DNA of 60,493 nt, the filler included, from Pirum gemmata (taxonomy: Eukaryota): assembly GCA_002812295.1 (NCBI GenBank). It is 10 parts of 10 records of this genome, joined end to end, with 100 filler letters (N's around TTAATTAATTAA, not from the genome) between each part and the next. Parts side by side here need not be neighbours in the genome. Positions count along the whole stretch, not along the records: positions 53,988 to 60,493 come from PDIN01000409.1; 9 more parts are not named here. One strand, given 5' to 3'. A program made the position numbers and the translations under genes. The notes beneath the pieces were generated by a model. The model saw only the letters and a program-made list of their open reading frames with translations. It did no database searches and was not told where the DNA came from. This document shows positions 59,594 through 60,493 of the stretch, one piece after another (positions within the stretch are counted from its first letter, which is position 1; each line of letters begins with the position of its first letter).

Positions 59594-59737
59594 GGAAGCG
59601 TTCAAATACTACGTAACGCCAATTTCCGGTCAAATACAGCTTCAAATACCCTACCTTCCTACCCCTCGACGTTAAATTCCGGTCAAATACCACCTACTTG
59701 CCTACCCCTTGACGTGACGTATTATTTGAACGCTCCC
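59594..59737 (-). mobile_element. MITE family D copy with 3-bp TSD (ATA)
   Basis: ATA-GGAAGCGTTCAAATA...TATTTGAACGCTCCC-ATA. Confidence 0.88.
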
Positions 59738-59818
59738 ATAATAAACATAGGTGGTTATTTTTGAAACCTTCTCGCAGTTCTTCAGACTTCTTCTCGCATT
59801 TTCTATTTTTTTTTTTTT

Positions 59819-59847
59819 NNNNNNNNNNNNNNNNNNNNNNNNNNNNN
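59819..59847. other. Intra-scaffold gap (29 N, no linker)
   Basis: N run lacking TTAATTAATTAA. Confidence 0.95.
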
Positions 59848-60096
59848 TGGCAGCGAAGTTTTTTTTTTTTACAAAATCTGGTCTATTTTATATCATATAG
59901 ACCAAGGACTTTTTTTGAAGTCCTTGTATAGACTCATCACTGTATCATAACACTATCATAACCTACTACTTGCCTGGCACTTAGGCATAGCTAGCTGTGC
60001 AATGTATGCATACTATTGGATAGGTCCTGGGTTTGTGAAACGAGATAGTTTGACACCAATCAGATTGCACTTTGATTAGTTTTATAGATCGGAATA

Positions 60097-60379
60097 AACC
60101 TCTCACAATTCTGCTCGAGCCCGAAAACTCGAATTTCTGCTATCGAAGAAAAAGCCAAAATTCAGCCGTGTTCGAAAATTATTTTTTCCATTTTTTTCGG
60201 GTTTATAAATAAATAAATATACTCGAATAATTAATTGTTAGCTTAAAATGTTCGAACTTATTATATTAAAATACATAGGCTCGAATACTTAAATGTTAGC
60301 TTAAAATGTTCGAACTTACTAATTGATGCACAGGCTCGAAAATTCGATTTTTAAACAAAGCATAATTGGGAGAAGCCTA
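60097..60379 (-). mobile_element. MITE family H copy with internal duplication
   Basis: CCTCTCACAATTCTGCTC...GCATAATTGGGAGAAGCC-TA; TGTTAGCTTAAAATGTTCGAACTTA occurs twice. Confidence 0.8.
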
Positions 60380-60493
60380 GATCGGAAGCTTGAAAAAGAA
60401 AAATTCTACAAGAATTATATTATTATTGGTTCATTTTTGAATCATTTCTTCCTTGATTGGCGAGGAAGGGGAAGGGGAAGGGGAAGGGGAAGG

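Overview
Very AT-rich, intron-containing eukaryotic DNA, probably from a microbial eukaryote. TTAGGG-type repeats are present, but the host cannot be named from sequence alone. The window is not one locus. It is about ten unplaced contigs of roughly 5.9 kb joined by artificial 100-nt N44-TTAATTAATTAA-N44 spacers, so adjacency across spacers is meaningless. Host genes that can be reconstructed by hand are an intronless 580-aa secreted orphan, a two-exon 97-aa Cys-rich secreted peptide, a spliced BAR-domain protein, a multi-exon membrane protein with an internally duplicated His-containing TM module, a C2H2 zinc-finger factor and a secreted LRR protein. Intergenic DNA is packed with at least nine families of short TIR elements (MITEs), microsatellites, interstitial telomere repeats and CTAG/AGCT-rich palindromic tracts. 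The highlight is the last contig. It carries a gene-dense, intronless block resembling a nucleocytoplasmic large DNA virus (NCLDV): a CTD-less RPB1 C-terminus, an ankyrin protein with a C-terminal PIP box, and a SLATT-like 2TM protein. This block runs directly into host repeat DNA through a PIF/Harbinger-type terminus whose interior faces the viral genes. All family assignments come from motif recognition, not database searches.
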